A DNA stretch of 64,000 bases from the NCBI GenBank assembly GCA_965645245.1, contig OZ287072.1, positions 682,001 through 746,000 on the forward strand, in the 5' to 3' direction. Position numbers and translations under genes: made by a program. The notes below the pieces were generated by a model, which was not told the origin of the DNA, did no database searches, and saw only the letters and a program-made list of their open reading frames with translations. The stretch is from Massalongia carnosa. Its lineage: Eukaryota. Positions 50,086-61,969 of this stretch are shown in pieces (the stretch's first letter is position 1; the number at the start of each line of letters is the position of its first letter).

Positions 50086-50685
50086 CCCCATCGCCTTCTC
50101 GACCGTCTGTCTCCCTTGTTCTAATTTCTTTCACAACCCCTATTGTCTTCTCCAATCCCTGTTTTGCTTTCCATGTAACATTTGATTTTCCGGCCTAACC
50201 AACCCCTTTGATTACTTCAAAACCCTTCACCTTCGCTCATAGCATTTACCGGCGCAGGACACGCAATAGCCTGGGGGTTTGGGCGCTGTTAGCGATTGTT
50301 GACAACTATTGTAACTATCTTACTATATTGTTATGCTATACGGTTGTTATTTGCCTACCATTTTTGCTCTTTTTATTTTAACTCTTAATTTTTTTTTAAA
50401 AAATTTGAAACCAAAGGCAGGCCTAAAAACACCGACTAACCAACCAACCACCTCTACCCCAAAACCTCATTTTTTGATCCGTTTTCCCTTCGTTTCTGAA
50501 AATGGGCGACAATGTTTAAAGGGCTATAGGTGTGTATGCTTACATTATATCTGACGGTTCCTTGTACTTTCTAAACCGAAAATCAAAAATCTCCAATCAT
50601 CTCATTCTAATTTAATCCGATCAACCAATTCTATAGTTTCCTTTTGGGGGTTCGTTGAAAGGAGCTAACTAGCCTAGACTAGACT

Positions 50686-50765
50686 GATTTGATTTGATTT
50701 GATTTGATTTGATTTGATTAGATTAGATTAGATTAGATTAGATTAGATTAGATTAGATTAGATTA
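50686..50765. repeat. Compound pentanucleotide microsatellite (GATTT)6(GATTA)10
   Basis: Read directly, between convergent genes. Confidence 0.95.
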
Positions 50766-51126
50766 TGTGCTTGTGATGTCATATCATGTTAGGTCATGTT
50801 CTGTAATGGGATGGAGGGAATGAAGGGAATGGTATTCGGTTATCTAGATATATTACATATCTATCTAACGAGGTACATGGAGGATGGGGATGGGGATGGG
50901 GGTGGAAGGTTCGGTTTCATGGGTGGGTTTCTTCATATCTGGTACGTGTTTTTGTGAACTATTTTTTCATAACTTTTCCTTTTTCCACCTCTCGCGCGAG
51001 AACTGAGGGGCAAACTCGAAGCTGGGGCAAACCTGCTTTGATCTGATATGTCGGACGCTATTAATGAGGCTCTACACTCTAGTCCCATCCTATCGCTCTC
51101 ATTAAACCCTCCTTTTCCCCCTCCTT

Positions 51127-52278
51127 TCACCCTCTCTCATCCTTTCCTAAAATAAACCTCTCACACCACCCGCACCATCCTCTCCCCCCCGCCTCTCCCC
51201 CTCCCCCTCCATCAACCCTCCCCCCAAGTCTCACCTTCTTCCACCCCTTCCCTTTCACCACCCCCCCAATTCCCTCGACCTCCCTCCGCAAATACCCCCC
51301 CTCGTCCTCCCGCCGCGAATGCCCCTCGTCCTCTCCCCCTTCGTCGGAAACCTCAAACTCCACCTCCAGCTCCTCTCTTCCTGCGCACCGGCTCCCCTGC
51401 CAGCATCTTGCGCCCCCGCCCCCTTCCCCGACGCCATAATACGCGCTGTACCGCTCCCGCCACGCCAGCACGCGCGCATACATGCCGTCCGTGGCGGCGA
51501 GGGGCACGCCGCAGGGAAGGCAGATGTGGGTTGCGGTCGCGCAGATGCAGGCGTTGGCAGCGGGGGGTGGAGGGGCGGCGAGGCAGGTAGAACATAGGGG
51601 TCGGTGACGGGCAGGAAGGGCGGAGGGGGATGGTGGTTTGAGAGTACAGTTCTGGGACGGGGAAAATGGCGTTAGTTTTCTACAGGAACGGATAATGTGG
51701 GGGATTCAGCTCACTCTGCACGTGGCCTTTCCGCACCGCCGACACTCGCTCACCAGATCTCGAGCGCAGGCGCTAACCCGCCCGCTCGTCAATCTCCCCC
51801 TTGTCTTTTCCATTTTCGGGGTTTCCACCGCTTCATCCTCGGCGCTGCCGCTGGGCTGTGGGGGCCTTTCGACGGCATCCTGGTCGTTGGCACATCGGAG
51901 AGTTTGGCGCACAAGGAGCGCCCGGTGCTGCAGGAGATTGGCGCGGATTTGGCGACCGGTCAGGGACAGGGCGTGGAGGGTGTTGAGGTCAATGGAGCGC
52001 ACGAGGGAGCTGACGATGCTGCATTCGTTAGGGGGAAAAACTTTCGGTGTGGTGATAGGGGATAGGCTGGGGATGATTACTCACGGGTAGCAAGCCAGCG
52101 CTGCAGAAAAGGTGGCCATGTTAGGATTCGCACGAGTTTCCAATTCCGGTGCTGCTCGTGCCGAGCCATCGCTCTTGTTCGCATCCTGTGCCTGTGCTGC
52201 TGGCGGCGCTGTCTCGTTTATGCGAGGGGGAAAGCCCGAGAAGGGTGCTACGTCGTCAAGGTTGACAAAGACAGCCAT
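51127..52278 (-). CDS. Hypothetical Cys-rich protein with an F-box-like N-terminal segment, 3 exons
   Basis: ORF pieces 52278-52084, about 52022-51715 and about 51652-51127, linked by GTGAG..CAG introns. Segments LACYP|IVSSLVRSIDLNTLHALSLTGRQIRANL, CARDLVSECRRCGKATCR|NC, CSTC, CIC, CLPC and WCGWCER. Confidence 0.7.
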
Positions 52279-52941
52279 GGTTTACCCGGGGGAGGGCGGA
52301 GTGGGGAAGGTTTGTTTGCTAGGGAAAGGGTGGCTCTCTAGCATGGATATGCATCGTTGAAGCTTTTTGGGTGTGTTGTGACGTCATCGGCATAACTATC
52401 TCGGATGAGCGTCGGGTTGTGTTCTTACCTCGGCCCAAACATGAAAATGCGGCTTCACACAGTCGTAATCCACCATACGGGCGCGCTTCGGGTCGATAAG
52501 CGGCTAGGAAGAATTAAAGTACTCCGTACCCATCCAATGATTAGGGCACGGCAGAGTTATTTTTAGAGTTACGACTCCCGGCAAAAGCGTCCCCTGCCTC
52601 GTTGTGACTTGCTGACTATGCATGATTATGTTTTTGGCCATGATGCATCGAACCATCCGGACATCCCGAGAGTAGCTGGCAGGTTCATCAAATGGGTGTT
52701 AGCGGGAGGTTTCGTCCATGTTTGTCATCGAGATACTTTTGTGTTGTAGAAAACGATGTCAATGATTATATTAAGCCTGTCTCCTTTACAGGTGAAGCCG
52801 GGGTATAAAATTGTAAAAAACAAGCAGATGCCTTCTCAACGTAACCCAAAGACGGAATTTTTTCCTGACCAAGAAGCATGAACGCATAAGAGCCCTTCAC
52901 CACAAGAAGGGACATATATTAGAAACCCTGATAAATCCAGG

Positions 52942-54471
52942 TCACTCTTTAGCCTTCCCCTTGCCTTTTTCTGGAGATTCATCGGTTAGAGGCTCATCTT
53001 TGGCAGAATCCCATCTTACGTTATGCGATTCGGAAGTCTTGGTGTTCTCCGGCATCCCTTTATTCTCGTCCTGAACCGTGGTGACTTCTTCTGCATCAGT
53101 ATCTTCGACCTCCCTCCCTTCACTAACCTCGTCCAACCCTGCCTCGCTGTTAACAGCTGAAGTCCCATCAGTATTCTTCGTCTCCTCTGGCTTCGCGGCT
53201 CCTTTGGCGTCGCCCAAGTACTCAAGATTGACATGCTCACGGGTAGCGTGGACGGCCTTGTGTAAGTTGCTAAGCTTTCGTGTCAAAGCTTCATCCTCAT
53301 TATCATTTTCCCTAGTGGACTTTGATAGCTGGTGCTTAATTCTATCAAGGGCTTGATGGAGATTAGATTGAAGTTGCCACCTTGACGTTTGATAAACGAA
53401 AAGACCCATGATATCTGCCATCTTATCGGAAAGGTATAACAAGTCGTCGCCCCCTTGATCGAGAAATGCCATTACTACAGATATTTTCTCTCTATCTACC
53501 CTTGCTTTTTTGAGGATGGCCATGAGTTTTAGAATATCTGTGACATCTCCAATTTCTTGTTCGCCATCGCTCTCGCTCTTAACGTTACCGAGAAAGCTGG
53601 AACGATTATCTAGCGTCCTTTCGGCACTAGACTCGCGGCTCCTTTCTCGTGAGGCATGGATAGTAAAATAATCAGCATTCAGTAGATGGGCGTTTTTCAT
53701 GCTGTCCGGATCCCTATTCCCCTTTTCCGAACGTATTTTCACTCGTTTTCTCAACCATCTTCGTCGCCTGACAAAGGAATGAAACCAGGGATGTGTACCA
53801 TGCCAGGCATATCGTGGATTGAAGTTAAATGAATATTGCCACCCTTCCTCATCAACATCATATGACATATCGACATACCATGTCCTCCAAGCCCAAGCCC
53901 AGCTCGGATCCGGCAATTGAGCGTTGGTAATATTAACCGGGCTGTCTTTGAAGGTAGAGGTTTGCCATGGCGACGGATCGAAATTAAGAAGCGATTTCCC
54001 CGAATAGAGTGGTATTCCACAAAAGAAGGACCCACGCTGGTTTTCGTAGAGTATATCCACAAAAGTGTCTTCCTTTCCCCTACTCTTTACGACCTGCTTT
54101 TTGGATCGGGAAGGAATCTTGTCCCGAAGCCGACCAGTTCTCCCAGGCGATTGTGATGATTTCCTTGGTTGGCCCAAACTTGTGCCTTCCATGACACCGT
54201 TTCCGGCATCTGTATTCCGCCTAGTTTCGTCCTCGCCGTCTTTTACCTTGTCTTCCTGCCATTTTGAGTATTTCCGCCGAACTAATTCCTCTCTCAATGT
54301 CCCTCTTGTCCACCGCCTATCCAATGGCGCTCCACTGGCGGTTCGAGAGAGTCCTGCTGGCCCGCTCACATTTTCCGCTCTTTCATCGTCAGGCTTTACT
54401 TTGGTTGAGTCCACAAGAACAATAGCATGGTCGTAATCATTAGAAGCACTAGTGTGCCTAATAATCGACAT
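52942..54471 (-). CDS. Dysferlin-domain protein, Mug65/Spo73-like
   Basis: DysF motifs DILYENQRG, LPDPSWAWAWRTWYVDM, DEEGWQYSF and FVRRRRWLR. ATG at 54471 preferred over the GTG start in the ORF track. Confidence 0.75.
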   Translation of the reverse strand: MSIIRHTSASNDYDHAIVLVDSTKVKPDDERAENVSGPAGLSRTASGAPLDRRWTRGTLREELVRRKYSKWQEDKVKDGEDETRRNTDAGNGVMEGTSLGQPRKSSQSPGRTGRLRDKIPSRSKKQVVKSRGKEDTFVDILYENQRGSFFCGIPLYSGKSLLNFDPSPWQTSTFKDSPVNITNAQLPDPSWAWAWRTWYVDMSYDVDEEGWQYSFNFNPRYAWHGTHPWFHSFVRRRRWLRKRVKIRSEKGNRDPDSMKNAHLLNADYFTIHASRERSRESSAERTLDNRSSFLGNVKSESDGEQEIGDVTDILKLMAILKKARVDREKISVVMAFLDQGGDDLLYLSDKMADIMGLFVYQTSRWQLQSNLHQALDRIKHQLSKSTRENDNEDEALTRKLSNLHKAVHATREHVNLEYLGDAKGAAKPEETKNTDGTSAVNSEAGLDEVSEGREVEDTDAEEVTTVQDENKGMPENTKTSESHNVRWDSAKDEPLTDESPEKGKGKAKE

Positions 54472-54846
54472 GACCGAAGAAATATATGTATAAGAATCCT
54501 TACATTGTTGAAAATGGAGCCTGAGCGCTATTGGTCGTGACGTAGATTTACTGTAGGTAGGTAGTTTGCTGGACACCTAGGGGTTAGATGTGGCTGAGGC
54601 GTAGTTAGATATGTGGCGGGTGAAACATAAGGCAAGTCAGCATTTCCAAGGTTAAGTTACGTCATGGCAAATGACGGCCCGCGTCTCGGGTTCCCGACCT
54701 ACTACTACTTTCAGGCTTTCTCCCCCAAAGCATTTCGACAGGCCAAAGACTACACTGCACTTACTCCCTCCTAGTTTCCCAATTGCACAGTCTTATCGTG
54801 TGTACTTCACATCAATACCAGCCTTACCACTGTTCCCTCTTCGACC

Positions 54847-55436
54847 ATGTCTCAACCGAAATCCAGGATTCCTCTTGCTATTGGTCTGACAGCTGCTGGT
54901 GCTGCAGGCTACTATCTCTACAGCGGTGGTGGAAATCCTCGTGTCGCAGAGAAGAAGTTTGAGCGTAAGTCAATCTGATGGCTACTAGTTGGGCCATCGA
55001 GAGAAGGACTATTTTACTAATGAGTTCTTCCAGACGATGTGTCATCCGCATCGTCAAGTTTCAGGGGTGACACTTCGGGGAAAGAAGTCCAGAAGAAAGG
55101 AGAAGAGTTAGCACACCGAGCTGGAGCTGTGGTGGATAGTACCGTAAGCATATGTAGCTACAGGTGCCATTTGTACTAGCGCTAACTAAGGCTTTGTAGG
55201 TTGGCGATGTCAAAGCCAAACTGGACATAGCAGATGCGAAGATCGGTGCAAAGGCTAGCGAGGCCGACGCCAAGCTCCATCAGCTCGCACACGATGGAAA
55301 AAAACAACTTGATCAAGCTAGCAGAGAGACGGCACGAGAGCTTAAGGAAACTGCCGACAAGTTCGATAAGACGGTGGAGAGGAAGGCTGCTGAAGCAAAA
55401 AGTGGCCTCTCGAGTTGGTTTGGTTTTGGAAAGTAA
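54847..55436 (+). CDS. Small signal-anchored, Ala/Lys-rich LEA-like protein, 3 exons
   Basis: MSQPKSRIPLAIGLTAAGAAGYYLYSGGGNPRVAEKKFE|HDV...VDST|VGDV...DKFDKTVERKAAEAKSGLSSWFGFGK*, with two canonical GTAAG introns. Not captured by the ORF track. Confidence 0.8.
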
Positions 55437-56015
55437 GAGTAGGAGTATTTCAGCGATGGCTCAGATCATTGAAAAATGGCAGTACGTACTCTGTTTTGGT
55501 GGGGATTTGCAGCCAGGATGCAAATTAAACGAATCAGTTCTGCTGGAGATATATCTACTCCATGCTGTTTATATTTTTATTTCTAGACCGCGGACGTGCT
55601 CCAGGAAGGAGTCTTTCCTGGGTACAGGAAGTCAAAGACAAGTATGATTCGCCACAAGACTATGATGAAACATCTTGGCTACAATGAGCTTTGCAATCCT
55701 CATAGCTCGCAGTTTTTCTCCTCTAAATGCATATGAATGGTGAACCCGCGCCGTCCTTGCTATTGCTTTGGGATCAAAAGAATGTAATGTCGCAACGTTC
55801 CTGTCGCTCAGGATGAGGAGTATAAAATCAAGGCCTGCTGCTTAGAGCATTACTTATCCTCAGAGAATAAGTCTTCCCGAGTCAATCTTTATAACATCTA
55901 ATCAGAATAGGCAAGCGACCTTTTGGAGCTTCTAGGATTGAGCATAGTACTCTAGGGGGAGTTAATGTAAGGCTGAAATCTCATAATCGGGTAACGTAAG
56001 CGCCTCGCCTTAAAA

Positions 56016-56051
56016 GCGCGTCCTCTGACGCGACTCCTTGAGAGAACGCGA
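56016..56051. promoter_or_regulatory. Cluster of three MCB-like (ACGCG core) elements upstream of cdt1
   Basis: GCGCGT at 56016, ACGCGA at 56028 and ACGCGA at 56046, 80-120 bp before the ATG. cdt1 is an MBF target in fission yeast. Confidence 0.6.
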
Positions 56052-56132
56052 CTTCCGAACTACCTATCTGTATCTTCGACAGTGCCGTTAGTAGATTCCT
56101 ACTTCAAAGCATCGCATTCGAAGGAAGTTGCA

Positions 56133-57818
56133 ATGCCTCCTCCAAGTAAGAAACGAGAAACCGCGGAAAGAGCATCTGCCACCCCCAGTTTTCCTGTGCA
56201 ACAAGGCATTCGAGCATTTGGGAAGATAACGAAGTCTACCGCGCAGCAACAAGAACTTGGAAAGAAAAGGATTGATGGAAAGGACCTCCCAGAAGTGGGG
56301 GCTGCCAGTAATAGTCAAGCTTTGCAGAATAACAAAAAGAGGAGACTGCAAAGCTCGTTGGAAAGCTCCGTCAAGCCAGACCTCGATCATGACTGCAATA
56401 TTTTGATGCAAGCCCAGCGCTACAAGGATGATCAGTATAGTATCACTGAACGCTCCTCGTTACCAACCTCCTCGCCCTTGTCTCTAATCCAGCAGGCGAC
56501 ACCGAGGAAGAAACAGAAAATACTATCTATTTCAGGGGAAACACCTACCAAGGGTGCGCGTTCATGTTTTGAATCGCTCGAGCTTTCATCTTTCCCCGGT
56601 GCGACTACGAACTCTTCACCGAGTCCAAATAGCCCCGAGACTGCTCCTTCCTCGCTAGCCTCGTTTGAGGCCTCGAGATCCAGTTCTGTCCTCAGCGACA
56701 CCTTGAAACTACCCGACGAACTGCAAGATCTGATCAACCTATATTCATCCTTCCTCACCGCCCTATCCATACACTACGTCCACCACGGATCTCTAACGCC
56801 TGCAGACCTGCGCATACTCCGCCCTAGCGTTGAGCGAGCATGGCGAAAACGCAAGGTCTCAAACAACGACCTAAGAAGAATTCTCGCCATTGCCCACAAT
56901 CCGGGACCAATCAGCCCCAACCATAAACTACCACCTCGCAGAGGCATTCTCTCCTTGTCAGACTATGGCAGCGGGAAGGTCTGCATCGAAATCGAAGAAG
57001 ATACCCAAAGCAACGGCTCGCAGAGACGGCCCCTGGACGAAGAAACTCTAAACAAAACCTTTGCCGCAAACTTAATAACCCAATGGACCCAACATGTTAC
57101 CTCCAACCTTACCTCCCCCGATCCCGTAAGCTTTATCACCCTTCTTCCCCTCCTTCCCATAACCTGCAATACCTCTCTCTCCAAATCCCATCTCCTCTCC
57201 AAAGGCAAACTTTGCCTCTCCGACCTCAAAGCCGGGGCCATCCGCGCCCAACTCTCGTCCCAAAAAGCCTCACTTTCTTACTCTGCGGCTACATCATCGA
57301 CCCTGGCCCCCACAAGTCGGAATGACAGTCTCCTCACCCGCATTCGCGCAAAACAGCTCCATCGATCATCCCTTCCCGCCGCCCCCTCTCCCGCCACCCT
57401 TAGCCGGAAATCCGCTCTCCATCGCCTTGAAGAAATTGCGCCCGTGCTTGAAATCCTGACCTCATCCGCCAGCCGCTCCGTCCCCGCACCTACTTCCGAT
57501 TTGACGCAGCGCGTGGATAAGGAACCAGATTCAGACCACGGAGCCGTTGTGGTAGAACCTCAACGTGGGACGTGCGCGTTCACGATGCCGACCCTAGTGC
57601 AGCATTTGCAGATGTCGCTTCGAAACCCGATTGCGAAGGAGGAAGCGGCGCATTGCGTGAGGTTATTAGCCACGGAAGTAGCGCCGGGGTGGGTAAGGCT
57701 CCGGGAGGTGGGCAGGGTGGTGGGTGTTACGGTTTGGAGGGGGGGAAGACTGGGGAGGGAGGAGGTGAGAAGGAGGGTTGAGGGGCTGTTGGGGGGGGGA
57801 GTGGGAGGGTTAGCGTGA
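56133..57818 (+). CDS. cdt1: DNA replication licensing factor Cdt1-like
   Basis: PIP-degron-like QQGIRAFGKITK. Winged-helix segments LPDELQDLINLYSSFLTALS..AWRKRKVSNNDLRRIL and FTMPTLVQHLQMSLRNPIAKEEAAHCVRLLATEVAPGWV. Confidence 0.75.
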   Translation: MPPPSKKRETAERASATPSFPVQQGIRAFGKITKSTAQQQELGKKRIDGKDLPEVGAASNSQALQNNKKRRLQSSLESSVKPDLDHDCNILMQAQRYKDDQYSITERSSLPTSSPLSLIQQATPRKKQKILSISGETPTKGARSCFESLELSSFPGATTNSSPSPNSPETAPSSLASFEASRSSSVLSDTLKLPDELQDLINLYSSFLTALSIHYVHHGSLTPADLRILRPSVERAWRKRKVSNNDLRRILAIAHNPGPISPNHKLPPRRGILSLSDYGSGKVCIEIEEDTQSNGSQRRPLDEETLNKTFAANLITQWTQHVTSNLTSPDPVSFITLLPLLPITCNTSLSKSHLLSKGKLCLSDLKAGAIRAQLSSQKASLSYSAATSSTLAPTSRNDSLLTRIRAKQLHRSSLPAAPSPATLSRKSALHRLEEIAPVLEILTSSASRSVPAPTSDLTQRVDKEPDSDHGAVVVEPQRGTCAFTMPTLVQHLQMSLRNPIAKEEAAHCVRLLATEVAPGWVRLREVGRVVGVTVWRGGRLGREEVRRRVEGLLGGGVGGLA

Positions 57819-58818
57819 ATTTTTGAGGGGATTGGTCTTTGATACGTGTGTTGGATCGAGGCGTTGGAGCATCCGAACATTGGATTGAGCGTTTGGCTGC
57901 GCGTCAAAGCGTCGTTGCAGCATTGGGCATTGGGGTGACTAGTAGTACCTAGTTGGGTTTTGGAAAACGAAACTCTTTTAACATCCTGAAATGCAACTAC
58001 GCATACATACTATGACCGTTTTTTGAAAATGGAATCGAAGTGAGTCTAGTTCTTTACGCCCTTTTTGGGGGGGAGGGGGAAGGGGGGGTTTGGCTGGGGT
58101 TATGATTTTTTGGTAGGTAACTTTGTAAAGAGGAAAGAGATGCCGAGCGAATTCCGCAAAATCTATTTTGGGGTTTCCTCCTATTACGATTCTTTAGGGG
58201 GAGTACTATAAATTTACTCTACTCCCGATACCCCAGCCTAACCACTCCAATCCTCTCTCCCCCCATTATTCGGTTTCTCTATCCCCTCCCCCCTCCTCTT
58301 CGGAAGGTTGTTGTGCGCGCGAAAGGGGGGAGGGGGGAGGGGGGGTTCTTATCCCGGCTCCTCGACCGGATTTAGACTAGTGCATCTGCCATGAAGAACG
58401 TCTTGGCTGACTTGGGTGGAAAATAGGGGGGGGGGTTTGGTGGTGGCGGAGAGGATAGTAGGCATAGCTAGCCCGCCCAGGGGCGGGGAGGGGCTATTTG
58501 ATCTTTCAGGAGGCTGTAGAAGAAAGGAAACGGTTCCGCCCCTGGTCGGGGGGAGAGGGAGGGGTCCGCGTCCTTGCTTGAATTAAGGAGGCCTTTTCTC
58601 CCTGTATGGAGGCGCGGGAATGTTCGCAGCAGGCCTTACGGTGTGTGGATGTCTCCAATGGAAGGCGTGTTAGAGCCTGATGATTTGAGCTGGTCGTATA
58701 GCGAACTAAACCCTCCCCCCCCCAATGGTCTGCGTTCTCGCCGCTCTGGTTTGCCTTTTCCTGGGCAATTCCATACGGCGAGAGAGCAGTGAGCTGTGAT
58801 GAGTTCGATTGCGAAAGA

Positions 58819-60921
58819 TCAGATGGCCTTGCCGATAACCCACCACAGATGAATACCCAAGCCAGCAAACCCTAGCTTCCAGTCCTCGCCTCGAAACCCC
58901 GTTTGCTCGCTTCCGATGCGCAGCGCCTGGAATATGGCTGCGGCGCAGACGTATCGTAGGTTCGCCCTGACCAGAAAGCGGGAAAAATCGAGGAGGGCTG
59001 GAAGAACGCCAAGGAGGTCGCTAAGAAGGAGGCTGAGGACGGCCACTCTGTATTCTTTTGATGAGGGATTGGATTGAGCGTGTTGATCTACGGGGTTGGA
59101 AGGGGATGGAATTGAGGCGTGGGTAAGAGAGGGATGAAGGAAGAAGCGCAGATAGTGGATGAGGACCCAGGTGAGGTGGACTTTGGCCGATGATGAGGAT
59201 GGCGATGGTGATAGTAATGGCCAGTTTTCGGGGGGGATGAAAAGCGAAATGACGATAGACAGGTGCGAGGTGTAGAAGGTTTGAGAAGTGAAGGAGTACG
59301 TTTCGAGAGAGGAGGATAAGAAAGCTGCAGAATCGAAGGCGCACGCAAAGAGAGCATAGAAAAGGGGCGTGGTGATTTTGAGAGTGATGTACTCCGGCGT
59401 GGTGGACGTGGAATTTTTGTTTCGGAGCGACTTTGGGTAAAAAACTTCTTGTTGTGGGTAGTTTAGTGCAGGAGAGTTGGCGGATGTGTATTTAAAGGGA
59501 AGAGCAAGAGTGGAATTCTCCACCCGGGTTCGAAGATAGTCTCGGAAACACCGCTCTATAACTCTAATATCGCAGGTTAGCTGTGCCATGAGCGTACGAG
59601 AGCACTTAGAAAGACTCACCTTTCGTCACCGGTTTCATGCCTCCCAATGCTTTCTTTGAACACTTCAGGTCGATACCAAACATGAAGCTTCCTCTTGAAA
59701 AAGAGCTTCGCGGCTTCCCTAACAATCCGCGGGTATGTAACGAAGCCCACCCACCACCAGGAGGCGACAAAACGGGACATTTGCCAGCCATTAAGGGAAA
59801 TCGGATCAAGACTTGTTTGGGTTGAAAAGATCTTGGCGACGAGCTTCGCGTGGTTTTTGGATGAGCTAAGCGTTACGGTGTTGTTGACTGCCCCGTCTCC
59901 GCTTAGGTGGGGGAAGAATGGGTCATAGGCGCTGAGAGAATAGGATCCTTTTCGGGAGTTGAATGGAGAGACATGGAAGTCTTTGGCCCACTTGCTGGCG
60001 AATTTTGCAGAGGTGCTTGAAGACGGCGATGGTACAAAATCCTTTAAACCTTTACTTCTGGCTTTATCATCTGCATCTTCCACAAACGATTCAACCTCCA
60101 TGGTTTTCGAACCCTTGAGGAAATACATTCGTCTCTCGTCGAATGTATTGTTAACTTCCAGAATCATAGCTGAGAGCGCCTTTTCCGAGTTGTATAAATA
60201 CCAGAATGACACGGGATTGAAAGAGTACCCAAGGAACCGAGGTGCGGTAACCAAATAAGCATAAGCGTAGTCTGCAGAATCTTCATCCTATGACTCCCTT
60301 TCAGCACAATCCAAGCTCAACGAGCCAGGAGGTACGAACCTGAGATTTTAAATACTCATCAAGCTTTCCTTGCAAACCTAGAGCATGGCCTCCTCGTTGG
60401 AGATAATCCACCGCCTGAATAGTAAACCACGTAGACGGCCATCGTTCAGGGGGTTTAACTGCCCCCTGACTAAAAGACCCACCCTCGAGGTCGGCGGAGA
60501 GAAATCGTCCGATGTAACCTTTCCAGCCAATGGGAACTCCAACAAAAAGATAGGAGTATGAAAATGAGTGTTTCTTGGGAAAGAAGCGTGTATGAGAGGT
60601 TCGACAAGGAAACAAGAGGGGTTTCAACATGGAGGAACCAGCACGGTGCTCCGTCTCCCCGCTTTTGTATCTAGAAACAGTACCACCATCCCCTGAAGCG
60701 TAGAAGTACGAAGTCGTACCGACAATGAGGATAAGAAGAGAGATCCTCGTCAAGGCAGACGTAGATAAAAACCCCGAATACAATGTATTTTGATAAAACC
60801 ATAATAGGCATGCCAGAATCCATTTCAAATCATTCCATACTCCCTGACGATCGTACCTTGACCGGAGACCCCAGAACGCAGCATTGAAGAGACATGCTGC
60901 GGAGAAGACTCCCATTGACAT
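58819..60921 (-). CDS. DUF1365 family membrane protein, 3 exons
   Basis: Motifs HTRFFPKKHSFSYSYL, PRFLGYSFNPVSFWY, LEVNNTFDERRMY and KDFHVSPF. Introns near 60288-60338 and 59558-59619. Confidence 0.8.
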
Positions 60922-61378
60922 GGTCTTTCTATTTCTTTCTCTTCCCGAAGAAAAACATCAACGCCGAGCCAGCAGATTTCCCACAAAGCCATAATGTGAC
61001 TCAATAATACACTTCATTCCTTTTTTTTTCAAAATAAATTGTAAATAGATATGGAATGGAATGACTCATTAACGAATTGTCGAGCAAACTTGGTGCTTAC
61101 CTCATCTCGCACTAAACTAGCGCTATATCTATTCCAAGTGCTCTGGATCCTTCTCACTCTGTAATCTCAGCTCAACTACATTCATCCTTCCCTCAGAAAG
61201 CAGTCTTACCAGGCCCATAAAAAAACTTATTAACGTCTTTGTTCTGAAACCCTTCAAATCTTCTCATTTAAAGCCAAAAAATCCGTAACCACTTTTTCAT
61301 CTCATCAACCCACCTAAACCCACTCAAGCCTCGACACTGCCTCACCCCTAAAAAAGATATATAAAACAAATACCAACC

Positions 61379-61969
61379 ATGGATGACTGGGACACCGTCA
61401 CGAAAATCGGGAGCAAAACTAACGGCGGTGGCTCCCAGCGCGAAACCGTCGTCCGCGGGAAAGGCGCTCTAAACCAAGCCCAACGCACCGGCGCCATCAT
61501 TGGCACGGAGAAAAAATTCGCCACCGGCAATGCTGTTCGTACTTTTTTCCCTTTCCCCTCTCCCAGATTCATTTCTTTTTTCTCACCTCCAATCTCATCC
61601 CTCCACTCCTTATCCCTCCCCTCCAACAATCCAAAACCTAACTAACCTCTTCCTTCCGCTCCCCCCCAAAAACAGGCCAACAAAGCTCCCTCCAACGGTC
61701 AACGCCTAACAAAAGTCGACCGCGCGGACGATATTGTCCCCGTGCAAAAAACCGGTGCAGAAATTGGCGCGGCGATCCGCAACCGCCGCAGTAAGGAGCC
61801 TTATAAAATGACGCAGGCGGAGTTGGCGCGCAAGGTGAACGCGCCGGCGGGCGAGATCAAGCTGCTGGAGAGCGGCGAGGGGATCAAGAACCAGGGACTG
61901 TTGAATCGGGTGGCAAGAGTGTTGAAGGTGAGCCCGAAGACGGGAAAGCCGCTGGATGGGGAGGAGTAA
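61379..61969 (+). CDS. mbf1: Multiprotein-bridging factor 1, 2 exons
   Basis: [29 protein letters not shown]|..[24 protein letters not shown]; intron 61535-61675. Confidence 0.9.
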
